A DNA stretch of 41,985 nucleotides from Acidimicrobiales bacterium (lineage in GTDB: Bacteria; Actinomycetota; Acidimicrobiia; Acidimicrobiales; JAMCQF01), in the NCBI GenBank assembly GCA_027366675.1, contig DAHXND010000034.1, positions 1 through 41,985 on the forward strand, read 5' to 3'. Positions 1 to 9,182 of the stretch are shown in pieces (the stretch's first letter is position 1; every line of letters starts with the position of its first letter). Below the pieces are notes generated by a model that worked only from the letters and a program-made list of their open reading frames with translations, was not told the origin of the DNA and did not search any database. Both the position numbers and the translations under genes were made by a program.

Positions 1-1288
1 AGATGTAGGAACGCTTGGTGCCTGCGTAGATGCGGGCAAACCAGCGGACGTCGGCCGGCGGAACTTGCGTGAACTGCTGGGCGTACTCCGGCGTCCAGGC
101 AGCGACCCGCTCGGCGAGGAGCGTGAAGGCGGGACGAGCCGCCACGCCGTTCACGCTGTAGCTGCCCGTGAGCGCAGGGTGCGGGACGTTGCCGGCGGGC
201 TGTGCGCTGCTGGTGCTCGGGTCGAAGGCTAGGATCGTCTTCCCGTCGCCGGCGCGCAGGAACATCCCGTCGTCGTCGCGCACGAGGAAAGGCAGGGTGG
301 TCGCGCTGATCACGAACGCTTCGTCGTAGAGCTTCTCGGAGAGCAGCACGTTCAGGACCGAGAGCCCGAACGCGGCGTCCGAGCCCGGCCGGAGTGGTAT
401 CCACTTGTCGGCCTTGGACGCGGTGATCGAGAAGTTCGGGTCGATGACGACGAGGGTGGCCCCCCGGTCCTTCGCGTCGGCCACGAAGTGCCACTCCTGG
501 ACCATCGACTCGGTCAGGTTGCAGCCCCACATCACGGCCAGGTCGGCGTTCGACAGGTCGAGGGACTCGTTGCCGCCCATGAAGACACTCGGCAGGCCGA
601 CCTGGCCGGTGCCGAGGGGGATAGCCATGTCGATGCCCCCGGTGATGGTGGTTGCCTGGAACACGTTGGCAAGCAGGCTCGGGCCGTAGGCTGCGACCGT
701 GCCGTAGTTGCCGCTGAGCGGCCAGAAGGCGAACGCCTTGGAGCCGTAACGGTCGCGGATGCTCGCCATCGAGGTCGCGATCGTGTCGAGCGCCTCGTCC
801 CAGGTGACCCTTTTCCACCTGCCCGAGCCCCGCGGCCCGACGCGCTTCATCGGGAACTTGAGGCGCGCCGGGTTGTAGACCCACTGGGCATGGGAGAGCC
901 CGCGCAGGCAGATCCGGTTGTAGCGGGTTTCGGGGAAGGGGTTCATCGCCGTCTTCGTGAGCCGCCCGTTGCGCACATGCGCCTTGAGGTAACAGGTCTG
1001 CCAGCAGTTCACTGCGCAGACGTCGTTGAAGACCTTCTCCTCGACGCTCGTCTCGTTCGCCAGGCTCTGGTTGGTGCCAGCCAGCGCCCTCACGACCGGC
1101 CTCGATCCAGCAGCCACTGCGCCGAAGTGGGTGGCCACAGCAGTGGCACCACCTACGGCGATCGAAGCCCCGACGAACGTCCGACGGCTGAAGCGAGAGC
1201 GCGAGGAGCTTTCGCCCGGCTCGCTCGCAGCTTCCCCTGCGACAGGGGTGTGCTCCCCGGGCGTTTGCACCGTGTCGTCCGTGCTCAC
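1..1288 (-). CDS. Tat-exported molybdopterin oxidoreductase catalytic subunit, DMSO reductase family (5' part; runs off the left edge)
   Basis: Manual translation (absent from the ORF track): GTG at 1288 after RBS GAGAGGAG; MSTDDTVQ...SRRTFVGAS (twin-arginine signal); CAVNCWQTC-x27-C [4Fe-4S] motif (RICLRG); RLKFPMKRVGPRGSGRWKRVTWDEALD; WGCNLTES; VIDPNFSITASKADKWIPLRPGSD. Confidence 0.93.
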   Translation of the reverse strand, partial: MSTDDTVQTPGEHTPVAGEAASEPGESSSRSRFSRRTFVGASIAVGGATAVATHFGAVAAGSRPVVRALAGTNQSLANETSVEEKVFNDVCAVNCWQTCYLKAHVRNGRLTKTAMNPFPETRYNRICLRGLSHAQWVYNPARLKFPMKRVGPRGSGRWKRVTWDEALDTIATSMASIRDRYGSKAFAFWPLSGNYGTVAAYGPSLLANVFQATTITGGIDMAIPLGTGQVGLPSVFMGGNESLDLSNADLAVMWGCNLTESMVQEWHFVADAKDRGATLVVIDPNFSITASKADKWIPLRPGSDAAFGLSVLNVLLSEKLYDEAFVISATTLPFLVRDDDGMFLRAGDGKTILAFDPSTSSAQPAGNVPHPALTGSYSVNGVAARPAFTLLAERVAAWTPEYAQQFTQVPPADVRWFARIYAGTKRSYI

Positions 1289-1330
1289 AGGGGCGTCTCC
1301 TCTCTCAGTTGACAGCCAGTCATCTGTCCT

Positions 1331-1383
1331 TATAGGAGTATTTCTAGGACGGAGATATAGGAGTATTTCTAGGACGGAGATAT
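1331..1383. repeat. 25-bp perfect tandem duplication (TATAGGAGTATTTCTAGGACGGAGA x2) in the promoter region
   Basis: Units at 1331-1355 and 1356-1380, read directly. Confidence 0.9.
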
Positions 1384-1388
1384 GGCAG

Positions 1389-1414
1389 CTAATAGGGCCG
1401 AAAGTCCCTATTAG
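1389..1414. promoter_or_regulatory. DosR/DevR-like palindromic operator (ATAGGGCCGAAAGTCCCTAT)
   Basis: Arms CTAATAGGG / CCCTATTAG; fits the mycobacterial DevR consensus TTSGGGACTWWAGTCCCSAA; lies between divergent genes. Confidence 0.8.
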
Positions 1415-1422
1415 TCGTAAAT

Positions 1423-1548
1423 GGGTCCTGCCAGCGATCTTCCAGGGTCCTGCGAGCGATCCTTCCGGGGTCCTGGGAGCGATCTTCCCGGGAGAAGCCC
1501 AGCGCCCTATCACACCGCTTATCACACCGCCCTTCCGCCCTTCCGCCC
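1423..1548. repeat. Intergenic tandem repeats: GGGTCCTG(N)2AGCGATC(C)TTCC(N) x3, TATCACACCGC x2, CCCTTCCG x2
   Basis: 22-23-bp units at 1423, 1445, 1468; 12-bp units at 1508, 1520. Confidence 0.8.
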
Positions 1549-1659
1549 AGCATCGCGTCCCTTCACTACCACCACGATCTGCCGGTAGAATCTGCTGGGA
1601 TTCGTCGAGCATCCACTAGGCTCTCCCGGGTGGAGGCGACCCCGGACAGGGAGCTCGGC

Positions 1660-2745
1660 ATGCCTGAGATCATGATCGACGCCGCTGGCATCACGAAGTC
1701 TTTCGGGGAGACCCGTGCCCTCGACGACGTGGATCTCCAGGTGCATGCTGGCACGGTGCTAGCCCTGCTCGGGCCGAACGGCGCAGGGAAGACCACCCTC
1801 GTCCGGATCCTCTCGACGCTGCTGCTCCCGGACTCTGGCACCGCCTCGGTCGCTGGATACGACATCGTTCGCCATGCCGTGGAGGTCCGGTCGATGATAG
1901 GGCTGGCTGGCCAGTTCGCTGCGGTGGACGACATACTGACCGGCAGGGAGAACCTGGAGCTGGTCGGCTTGCTCTACCACCTGAAGAAGAAGGACCGGAA
2001 GGAACGAGCTGCTGAGGTCCTGGAGCGCCTGAACCTCACCGATGCGGCGGACCGCCTGGTGAGGACGTACTCAGGTGGGATGCGCCGGCGCCTCGACCTC
2101 GGCGCCAGCTTGGTTGGCCGTCCGAAGATTCTCATATTGGATGAGCCCACCACGGGTCTTGATCCGGTGACCAGAACGGAGCTGTGGCGCTTCATAGAGG
2201 CTCTCGTGGCAGAAGGGACCACGCTCCTTCTCACGACTCAGTACCTGGAGGAGGCAGACCAGCTCGCTGATCGCATCGTGGTCATAGATCACGGCCACGT
2301 GATAGCGAACGGGACGGCGAACGAGCTGAAGGACCAGCTTGGAAGTGACGTCATCGAGGCGACGGTTACCGATTCCGGGCAGATGGGCGAGGCGGTACGG
2401 CTGATTGCCGATCTGGGTCATGGAACCCCGATAGAGGACCCCTCCCGGCGGCTGATCACAGTTGCGACTGACGGGAAGGCGAAGACGCTTCTGGAAGCAG
2501 CGCGGCGCCTGGACGAGCATGGCATAGGTCTGGACGACATCAGCTTGCGGCGCCCATCACTCGATGATGTGTTCCTCTCGTTGACGGGCCACGGCGCCGA
2601 CGGCTCGAGCACCGGCGGTTGGAGCACAGACGCCCTGGTCACCCACGGCGCAACCACGGATGCCCGCGACAGGGACGGCGCAGGCTCTGCTATGTCCGCA
2701 GGCGCTCGCAGCGCAGCATCGAGGGGTTCAGGGCAGCAGTCGTGA
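1660..2745 (+). CDS. ABC exporter ATP-binding protein, DrrA-like
   Basis: Walker A GPNGAGKTT, signature YSGGMRRR, Walker B LILDEPTTGLD, C-terminal PSLDDVFL; ATG 1660 preceded by AGGGAG (track starts at 1630). Confidence 0.92.
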   Translation: MPEIMIDAAGITKSFGETRALDDVDLQVHAGTVLALLGPNGAGKTTLVRILSTLLLPDSGTASVAGYDIVRHAVEVRSMIGLAGQFAAVDDILTGRENLELVGLLYHLKKKDRKERAAEVLERLNLTDAADRLVRTYSGGMRRRLDLGASLVGRPKILILDEPTTGLDPVTRTELWRFIEALVAEGTTLLLTTQYLEEADQLADRIVVIDHGHVIANGTANELKDQLGSDVIEATVTDSGQMGEAVRLIADLGHGTPIEDPSRRLITVATDGKAKTLLEAARRLDEHGIGLDDISLRRPSLDDVFLSLTGHGADGSSTGGWSTDALVTHGATTDARDRDGAGSAMSAGARSAASRGSGQQS

Positions 2746-3563
2746 GTGTCGTGGAGGCCCCGGTGATTGGCGCTCCCGCCGGCGAGGCACCGCCCGGGCC
2801 GATCACGCTCGGTGTCGCGCTTGTCGACATAGCCGGGATCACGAAGCGTAACCTGCTCCGTATATACAGGACGCCTCGGCTGCTCATCTTCTCGAGCATC
2901 CAGCCGATCATGTTCGTCCTGCTCTTCCGCTACGTCTTCGCGGGGGCGATAAAGATTCCTCATGGGCTCTATGTCGACTACCTGATGCCTGGCATCTTCG
3001 TGCAGATCTCTATCTTCGGAGGGTCCTCTACCGCGGTGGGGCTGGCTACTGACCTGCAGGGCGGCATAGTGGATCGCCTGCGATCACTGCCCATGGCCCG
3101 CTCGGCGGTGCTGGCTGGGAGGACCCTAGCCGACCTGGCCCGGAACTTCCTGGTCCTCGTGCTGATGGTCGGGGTCGGCGTGCTGGTGGGGTTCAGGTTC
3201 CACGGGACAGCGGGAAGTGACATAGCAGGTCTGGGCCTGGTCCTGCTGTTCGGCTACGCGTTCTCATGGGTGTTCGCGACGATCGGGCTAATGGTGAAGG
3301 ATCCGGAGACCGCTCAGATCGCCGGTTTCCTGCCGCTGTTCCCCCTCGTCTTCGCGAGCTCTGCCTTCGTCCCGGTAGCGAGCATGCCTGGATGGCTTCA
3401 GGCATTCGCGAAGGTCCAGCCCGTGAGCGTCACTGTCGATGCAGTGCGAGCGCTCGTGTCGGGCACACCCGCTTTCCACTGGGTGTGGCAGTCGCTCCTG
3501 TGGGCGGTAGGCTTCCTCGGCTTCTTCGCAGTTCTGGCAGTGAACCGGTACCGTAAGCTCTGA
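2742..3563 (+). CDS. ABC-2 type permease, DrrB-like
   Basis: GTG overlaps the upstream stop (GTGA); about 6 hydrophobic segments; QPIMFVLLFRYVF, DRLRSLPMARSAVLAGR, SSAFVPVASMPGWLQ. Confidence 0.92.
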   Translation: MSVVEAPVIGAPAGEAPPGPITLGVALVDIAGITKRNLLRIYRTPRLLIFSSIQPIMFVLLFRYVFAGAIKIPHGLYVDYLMPGIFVQISIFGGSSTAVGLATDLQGGIVDRLRSLPMARSAVLAGRTLADLARNFLVLVLMVGVGVLVGFRFHGTAGSDIAGLGLVLLFGYAFSWVFATIGLMVKDPETAQIAGFLPLFPLVFASSAFVPVASMPGWLQAFAKVQPVSVTVDAVRALVSGTPAFHWVWQSLLWAVGFLGFFAVLAVNRYRKL

Positions 3564-3590
3564 AGCACTGCCGTGGCGATCTGTTGATCC

Positions 3591-4289
3591 TCAGGCGTCC
3601 AGGATGCGGCCATCTCGCATGTGGATAACCCGGTCGGTCACGGCTGCGACGCTGTCATCGTGAGTGACCATCACGATGGTGGTGCCCGTCTGTTCCCTGA
3701 GCCGGGTCAGGAGAGCCACGACCACCTTCACTGACGCAGAGTCCAGGCTTCCGGTTGGCTCGTCCGCGAGCAGCAGCCTCGGGTCATTCGCGAGTGCTCG
3801 GGCGATAGCGACCCTCTGGCGCTCTCCCCCGGACAGCTGTGCAGGCTTGCGATCTGCAGCGTGCGCCAGCTCCACCAGCTCGAGGAGCTGGGCTGCTTTC
3901 TCCTTGTGACTCGGGGCACCGTGCTCGTGTCTGACCATGGCTATCTCCACGTTCTCGAGCGAGGTGAGCTGGGGGAGAAGGTTATGGAACTGGAAGACCA
4001 GCCCTACCTCCTCGCGCCGGTACTTGGCCAGGTTCTTCATGCGACCGAGATCTGCTCCGAAGATCCGGACGGTACCTGATGTCGGAGTGTCGAGCGCAGC
4101 CAGAAGATGGAGAAGGGTGCTTTTCCCGCAGCCGGATGGCCCCGTTACAGCGACGAATTCTCGCTCAGCCACCTGCAGGTCCACCCCATCCAGAGCGCGG
4201 ACGTTCCCATCGCTATAGACCTTGGTCAGGCCTACTACTTCTACCGCGAGGCCCGCGCCCCGTTCGTCTACCTGGTATGCCTCGGCCAC
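3591..4289 (-). CDS. ABC transporter ATP-binding protein, LolD/MacB-like
   Basis: GPSGCGKST, LSGGERQRVAIARAL, LLADEPTGSLD, VTHD. Confidence 0.92.
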   Translation of the reverse strand: MAEAYQVDERGAGLAVEVVGLTKVYSDGNVRALDGVDLQVAEREFVAVTGPSGCGKSTLLHLLAALDTPTSGTVRIFGADLGRMKNLAKYRREEVGLVFQFHNLLPQLTSLENVEIAMVRHEHGAPSHKEKAAQLLELVELAHAADRKPAQLSGGERQRVAIARALANDPRLLLADEPTGSLDSASVKVVVALLTRLREQTGTTIVMVTHDDSVAAVTDRVIHMRDGRILDA

Positions 4290-4346
4290 CAGAAGACCCT
4301 GAAAGAAGCGGAACCTTCAGCCGCCGGAGACGCCACCAAGGCCACC

Positions 4347-5465
4347 TTATTCGTGCCCCAGTGCATCCATTGGGGAGCGCATGGCGGCGCGGACGGCTGG
4401 ATAGAGCGTCCCGAGGAAGGTCATCGCGAGAGCCGTGGCGAAGCCCGTGATGAAAGCGCTCGCCGTGAAGTGCGCATGGAGCACCCCTAACAGCTGTGGT
4501 AGCTGGGTGAGCAGCAGCACGACTATTACCGCCAGGGCTAGGCCCGCTGCAGTGCCGACGATGGCAAGGAAGAATCCTTCGCCCATTATCAGCCCTACGA
4601 TACGCTTCCTCGACCAGCCCACAGACAGCAGCATGCCGAACTCCCTGGTGCGCTCGAAGAGGGAGAGAAGCATGGTGTTCCCTATGATGATCGCCCCTAT
4701 GACCACGGCCAGTATGGCGCTGCCTGTGGCTGCTGCCTTCACGAAGACGAGCGTAAGGTCAGCCTGGCCGAACTGCGCCGCTGTGCGCAGGGCCATGAGC
4801 TCCGGCTGGGCGTAGGTGATGCGGTGCATCACTTTGCTGACAGGTACCCCATGGTCGACCTTCACGAATATCAGGGTCACGATTCCTGGCACGCGGTTGT
4901 ATCCCTGGAGCGCCGGCAGGGGGAAGAAGGCCGCGTCGTTGCCGAAGGAGCTACTCGTGGACACGATGCCGGTGACAGTGTTCACAGCTCCGTTGGCCCT
5001 GAACTTGTCACCTACGTGGAGCCCGAAGTTCTGAGCGGCGGTGTAGCCGAGCATGACCTGGTTCGTCGCGTCGGCACTATACGAGTGACCGGCCAATATC
5101 TTCACTCCGAAGGGGGCCAGGTCGGACGGGGCGATGCCCACCTCGATGAACACGGGGTTCGCTGCATTTATCTTCTCGGTCTCGACCAGCACGCCCACCG
5201 CGCTCGCGACCCCGGGGGTGGAATCGATTTTCTTGAGCGTTGGTTTGTCGATAGTGCTGTTCAAGATGTCGGAAACGCCCTTCTGGGAGAGTACGAAGTT
5301 GGCCTCTCCTATGTGCATCACTGCAGTAGCCGAGCTCTCGAGGCCGCTTCCCACCACTGTCAGAGCCACCACGGTCATCACTGCGAAAGCTATGGCAAGG
5401 GCCAGTCCGATGGATCGGGACTTCTTCCCCCAAAGGTTGCGGGCTACCAGCGCGAGAGTGGACAT
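4347..5465 (-). CDS. ABC transporter permease, FtsX/MacB-like
   Basis: N-terminal TM, large extracytoplasmic loop, ERTREFGMLLSVGW motif, 3 C-terminal TMs, YPAVRAAMRSP. Confidence 0.9.
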   Translation of the reverse strand: MSTLALVARNLWGKKSRSIGLALAIAFAVMTVVALTVVGSGLESSATAVMHIGEANFVLSQKGVSDILNSTIDKPTLKKIDSTPGVASAVGVLVETEKINAANPVFIEVGIAPSDLAPFGVKILAGHSYSADATNQVMLGYTAAQNFGLHVGDKFRANGAVNTVTGIVSTSSSFGNDAAFFPLPALQGYNRVPGIVTLIFVKVDHGVPVSKVMHRITYAQPELMALRTAAQFGQADLTLVFVKAAATGSAILAVVIGAIIIGNTMLLSLFERTREFGMLLSVGWSRKRIVGLIMGEGFFLAIVGTAAGLALAVIVVLLLTQLPQLLGVLHAHFTASAFITGFATALAMTFLGTLYPAVRAAMRSPMDALGHE

Positions 5466-5581
5466 CAGAGCTAGGAGCTTACCGGTGGCGTTCTCAGGGT
5501 GGGGCCGGGAGGCCGGCTCAGCGTGTCGCGCACCAGGTCAGCCGGCCCGGACACGTAGGGCGTCTTTCCACGAAACCGAAA

Positions 5582-5601
5582 TGAGGGACTTTCGGCCCTG
5601 G
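5582..5601. promoter_or_regulatory. DosR/DevR-like operator (TGAGGGACTTTCGGCCCTGG)
   Basis: 16-bp core AGGGACTTTCGGCCCT is the exact reverse complement of the core at 1394-1409; divergent intergenic region. Confidence 0.8.
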
Positions 5602-5764
5602 CAATCCTCTTCCTTCGTGGTGATCATGGAGGGGTGGACCGGGATCGAGGCTGTGATGGTGCCTCTGGGGGAGGATCGACTGTAGCGCCTGCTCCGGCAA
5701 GGGCCCGGTACCTGGAGGGAGACGGCTCCGGGTCGCGGGGGGAGCTGCTCGTGGCAGCGGGACG

Positions 5765-7213
5765 ATGCCGGTGGCGTTAGTGTTTCGTGATCGTAGCGAG
5801 GCTGGGCAGCTCTTGGGCCGCCGCCTGGCTCATCTCCGAGTGGAGCATCCGGTCGTGCTCGGTCTGCCCCGGGGCGGCGTCCCGGTAGCTGCCGAGGTGG
5901 CCAGAGCCCTGGATGCTCCGCTCGATGTCCTGGTAGTGCGGAAGCTCGGTGTGCCGTTCCAGCCAGAGCTCGGTATAGGAGCAGTGGCGGAGGGCGGTGT
6001 AACGGTGGTCGACAGCGACATGGCTGAGCGCTCGGGGTTGGGTCGCTACGAGATCGGGGTTGTCGCTGCCAGGGAACGTGACGAGATGGCTCGCCTTGTC
6101 AGGCTCTACAGAGATGGCATCCAGCCAATCGACATCTCCGGTCGTACCGCCGTCATCGTCGACGATGGCCTGGCAACTGGGGGTACCGCTCGAGCAGCGA
6201 TACGAGCGGTCCGTGCCAGGGGCGCGGCGAAGGTCATACTGGCTGTGCCGGTCGCACCGCGCGACACCGTGGCCGAGCTCGAGCACGAGGCGGACGAGGT
6301 CGTGTGCCTTCGAGCGCCGGGCCAGTTCCAGGCCGTGGGGCAGTGGTACGGGAACTTCTCCCAGACGACCGACCAGGAAGTGGTGGATCTGCTCGAGACG
6401 AATGGCAGCCTGGATCCGGGGGGGCTCAGGCTGGATCCGGGAGAGCTCAGCCTGGATCCGGGAGAGCTCAGCCTGGATCCCGGAGGGCTGGCATCGAGCC
6501 CTGGCAGCGCTGGGAGCGCTGGGAGTCGCCTGCCGGGGGACAGCTCTGGCGGCGGATGTGGCAGCTTCGAGAGAGATGTCGTCATAGACGCGGGCAGCGT
6601 TGAGCTAGCTGGTCGGCTGGAAGTTCCCGAGGGGGCGTGGGGGCTCGTCGTCTTCGCTCATGGTGCTGGCAGCAGCCGCCACAGCCCGCGGAATCGCTCG
6701 GTTGCTCATGCTCTCCAGGCGAGAGGCATGGGCACCCTGCTTTTCGACCTCCTGACGGAGGAGGAGGCGCTCTACCGCGCGAAGGTCTTTGACATCGCTC
6801 TCCTCTCCAGCCGCCTGGTCGAGGCCACCATGTGGGCGCGCCGCCAGCCTGGAGTTGGCGAGCTGCCCGTCGGCTATTTCGGCGCGAGCACAGGGGCGGC
6901 AGCGGCTCTGTCGGCAGCAGCGAAGCCTGGTAACTACGTGAGGTCGGTAGTCTCCAGGGGTGGTCGGCCTGATCTGGCTGGCAGCGCGCTTCCGTTAGTT
7001 CCCTGCCCAGTGCTCCTGATCGTCGGGGGAGCAGATACCGAGGTGCTGGAGATGAACCGCGAGGCGGCTGCGAGGTTGTGCAGCGTAACGCGATTGGTGG
7101 TGGTCCCAGGGGCCACGCACCTCTTCGAAGAACCCGGGGCCATGGAGCGGGTCGAGAGCCTGGCCGGCGAGTGGTTCGAGGAGCACCTGGCTTTGCAGGC
7201 GTCTCGCAGGTAG
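5765..7213 (+). CDS. Phosphoribosyltransferase + alpha/beta (dienelactone-type) hydrolase fusion, Rv0571c-like
   Basis: FRDRSEAG, LGLPRGGVPVA, PRPP loop VIVDDGLATGGT; C-terminal FAHGAGSSR, nucleophile elbow GYFGASTG, ATHLFEEPG. Confidence 0.9.
   Translation: MPVALVFRDRSEAGQLLGRRLAHLRVEHPVVLGLPRGGVPVAAEVARALDAPLDVLVVRKLGVPFQPELGIGAVAEGGVTVVDSDMAERSGLGRYEIGVVAARERDEMARLVRLYRDGIQPIDISGRTAVIVDDGLATGGTARAAIRAVRARGAAKVILAVPVAPRDTVAELEHEADEVVCLRAPGQFQAVGQWYGNFSQTTDQEVVDLLETNGSLDPGGLRLDPGELSLDPGELSLDPGGLASSPGSAGSAGSRLPGDSSGGGCGSFERDVVIDAGSVELAGRLEVPEGAWGLVVFAHGAGSSRHSPRNRSVAHALQARGMGTLLFDLLTEEEALYRAKVFDIALLSSRLVEATMWARRQPGVGELPVGYFGASTGAAAALSAAAKPGNYVRSVVSRGGRPDLAGSALPLVPCPVLLIVGGADTEVLEMNREAAARLCSVTRLVVVPGATHLFEEPGAMERVESLAGEWFEEHLALQASRR
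6406..6489 (+). repeat. In-frame 21-bp tandem repeat x4 (SLDPGEL) in the interdomain linker
   Basis: CAGCCTGGATCCGGGAGAGCT-like units at 6406, 6427, 6448, 6469. Confidence 0.9.
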
Positions 7214-7343
7214 GGGGGCGGGTCGGGCACCTGGTGAGGGTCGGTCAGGCGCACCTGCTTGACCGCCGTGAACGGTCGGGAACCCGGCAAGGGCGGTTAG
7301 GTGAGCTCCCATACAGGGGTGCTCCAGAGAGAGGAGAGAAGCG

Positions 7344-8114
7344 ATGGCAGGAGTCAAGGGCAAGACAGTCGTGGTTACTGGGGCTGGTCTGGGGATAGGC
7401 AGGGCAACGGCACTGCTCTTCGCCAAGAGAGGTGCCAGGGTGGCCGTCACGGACGTGAAGAAGCAGGAAGGAGAGGAGACGGCGAGCCAGATACTCGGCG
7501 CAGGTGGTGAGGCAGTGTTCATATCACATGACGTGTCGTCAGAGGAGCAGTGGGCACGTGCCCTGTCCGATGTCGCCGACCGTTTCGGCGGTATAGATGT
7601 TCTGGTGAACAATGCAGGTATCTACTTCATCGCCCCTATCGGGGACATCACACTGGAGCAGTGGAACCATCTGTTCTCGATAAACGTGAATGGTGTGTTC
7701 CTCGGCGCCAAGCACGTTGCACCGTACCTCGCATTGCGGGGCGGTGGCTCGATCGTGAACCTCTCATCTGTGGCGGGGCTGCTTGGTGTTGCCGGCCATG
7801 CGTGCTACGGGGCGAGCAAAGGAGCCGTGCGGATACTTACGAAAGATCTGGCAGCGGAGCTCGGTGCGCAGAACATCCGAGTGAACTCCATACACCCCAC
7901 GTATGTGAAGACTGCTATGGCTGAATACGGAGCAGCAGTGGCGGGGAAGACCCTGGACGAGCTGGGACGGGAGATGTCGGTGCTCGGCCGTATGGCAGAG
8001 CCTGAAGATGTGGCGAATGTGATCGTGTTCCTGGCTTCGGACGAGTCGAGCTACCTGACGGGGGCCGAGTTCGTTGTCGATGGAGGAGGAGGCGCGTCGG
8101 TATTGGCTGTCTGA
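7344..8114 (+). CDS. Classical short-chain dehydrogenase/reductase (SDR)
   Basis: TGAGLGIG, NNAG, catalytic S (NLSS) and YGASK, RVNSIHP; RBS GAGGAG. Confidence 0.93.
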   Translation: MAGVKGKTVVVTGAGLGIGRATALLFAKRGARVAVTDVKKQEGEETASQILGAGGEAVFISHDVSSEEQWARALSDVADRFGGIDVLVNNAGIYFIAPIGDITLEQWNHLFSINVNGVFLGAKHVAPYLALRGGGSIVNLSSVAGLLGVAGHACYGASKGAVRILTKDLAAELGAQNIRVNSIHPTYVKTAMAEYGAAVAGKTLDELGREMSVLGRMAEPEDVANVIVFLASDESSYLTGAEFVVDGGGGASVLAV

Positions 8115-8213
8115 AGCAGGGCTCGCGGGTTGGCTAGCATCGGCGTGAGTGGATGAGCGCGCTTTGCTGTGGAAGTCTTTGCTGTGCAAGAAGGCCAATG
8201 AGCGGGCTCTACC

Positions 8214-9182
8214 ATGCCTCTAGTCGACGTAGCGCTGCTCATATGTGCGGCACTCCTCACGGCAGTGGTGAGTGGATCGAACGACGGGGCGACGCTCGTC
8301 GCCCTGAACACGCGGACCACCACCATCACTCCAGGGCTTGCCCTCATGGGCCTCTCGGCATTCGTGGCCTTCGGGCCGTTTCTTGTCGGGACGGCTGTGG
8401 CGAGAACGGTCGCGCGCGGACTCGTGGCTTTCGAACAATCCGGTGGGTCGCTCGCCTTCCTGGTGGCCGTCGCCTGTGCTCTGGCTGTAGTTTTCTTCCT
8501 GAGCCATCGAGGCATGCCGACGAGCGTTACGCTTGCTCTTACTGGCACCATCGTTGGCTCTGGCCTCGGGTTTCGCCTGCCCGTTCACTGGGCGACAGTG
8601 GGTGCGGTGCTTCTGGCGGGTCTGGTTGCTCCGCTTGGAGCAGCGCTGGCCGGGTATATCGTTGCCAGTATAGAGTTGCGGCTGAAGCCCCCGGCCCTTC
8701 CTCCAAGGGCAAGGCGGAATGCTGAACGGCTCGGGTTCCTGCTCGAGTGCTTCGCATACTCTTCCAACGATGCCGAGAAGCTGGTGGCGATCATGGCGAT
8801 AGCCATAGGAACCACGAGCGGTGCCATCAGGCTGTCTCCACTCGGTCAGATCGGCCTTGGCCTATGCTTCGCTCCAGGGATATTGCTGTCGCTGCGCCAG
8901 GTGGCGAGGCGCGTCTCGGAGAGGATGGTGCAGGTGCGCTCGGACACGGTGATAGGCGTGACGTTCTGCGCCTCCGGTGTGGTTCTGGCCTGTTCGGCCC
9001 TTGGCTATCCGATATCGTCGACCCAGGCTGCTACGGCCGCGCTCGTCGGCGTGGGTGCCCGGGTCGCGCCCAGGCGGGTTCAGTGGGGCGAGGCAGCGGC
9101 TATAGGATTGGCGTGGGTGGTGACATTGCCGTTGGCGTTGGGGCTGGCTGCCGGCGCCGGCTTCGTCATAAGGGCGCTATGA
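8214..9182 (+). CDS. pit: PiT-family inorganic phosphate transporter
   Basis: Two PiT signature-like motifs (GSNDGA, SSNDAEK), PTSVT, PISSTQ; highly hydrophobic; coupled to a DUF47 gene. Confidence 0.85.
   Translation: MPLVDVALLICAALLTAVVSGSNDGATLVALNTRTTTITPGLALMGLSAFVAFGPFLVGTAVARTVARGLVAFEQSGGSLAFLVAVACALAVVFFLSHRGMPTSVTLALTGTIVGSGLGFRLPVHWATVGAVLLAGLVAPLGAALAGYIVASIELRLKPPALPPRARRNAERLGFLLECFAYSSNDAEKLVAIMAIAIGTTSGAIRLSPLGQIGLGLCFAPGILLSLRQVARRVSERMVQVRSDTVIGVTFCASGVVLACSALGYPISSTQAATAALVGVGARVAPRRVQWGEAAAIGLAWVVTLPLALGLAAGAGFVIRAL

Noticed and set aside
1423-1492. Repeat clusters here and at 10545-10679 and 27833-27883 as possible CRISPR arrays
   Set aside because: Units are contiguous or nearly so, with no unique spacers, only 2-3 copies and no cas genes
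405-1619. Plus-strand ORFs 405-689, 488-1312 and 1026-1619
   Set aside because: Antisense shadows of the Mo-enzyme gene and its promoter; no motifs
8747-9178. Long N-terminal extension of the DUF47 ORF given by the track
   Set aside because: Overlaps pit out of frame; ATGA coupling at 9179 is the better start. The same logic applies to track starts 2619, 23744, 27818 and 30594
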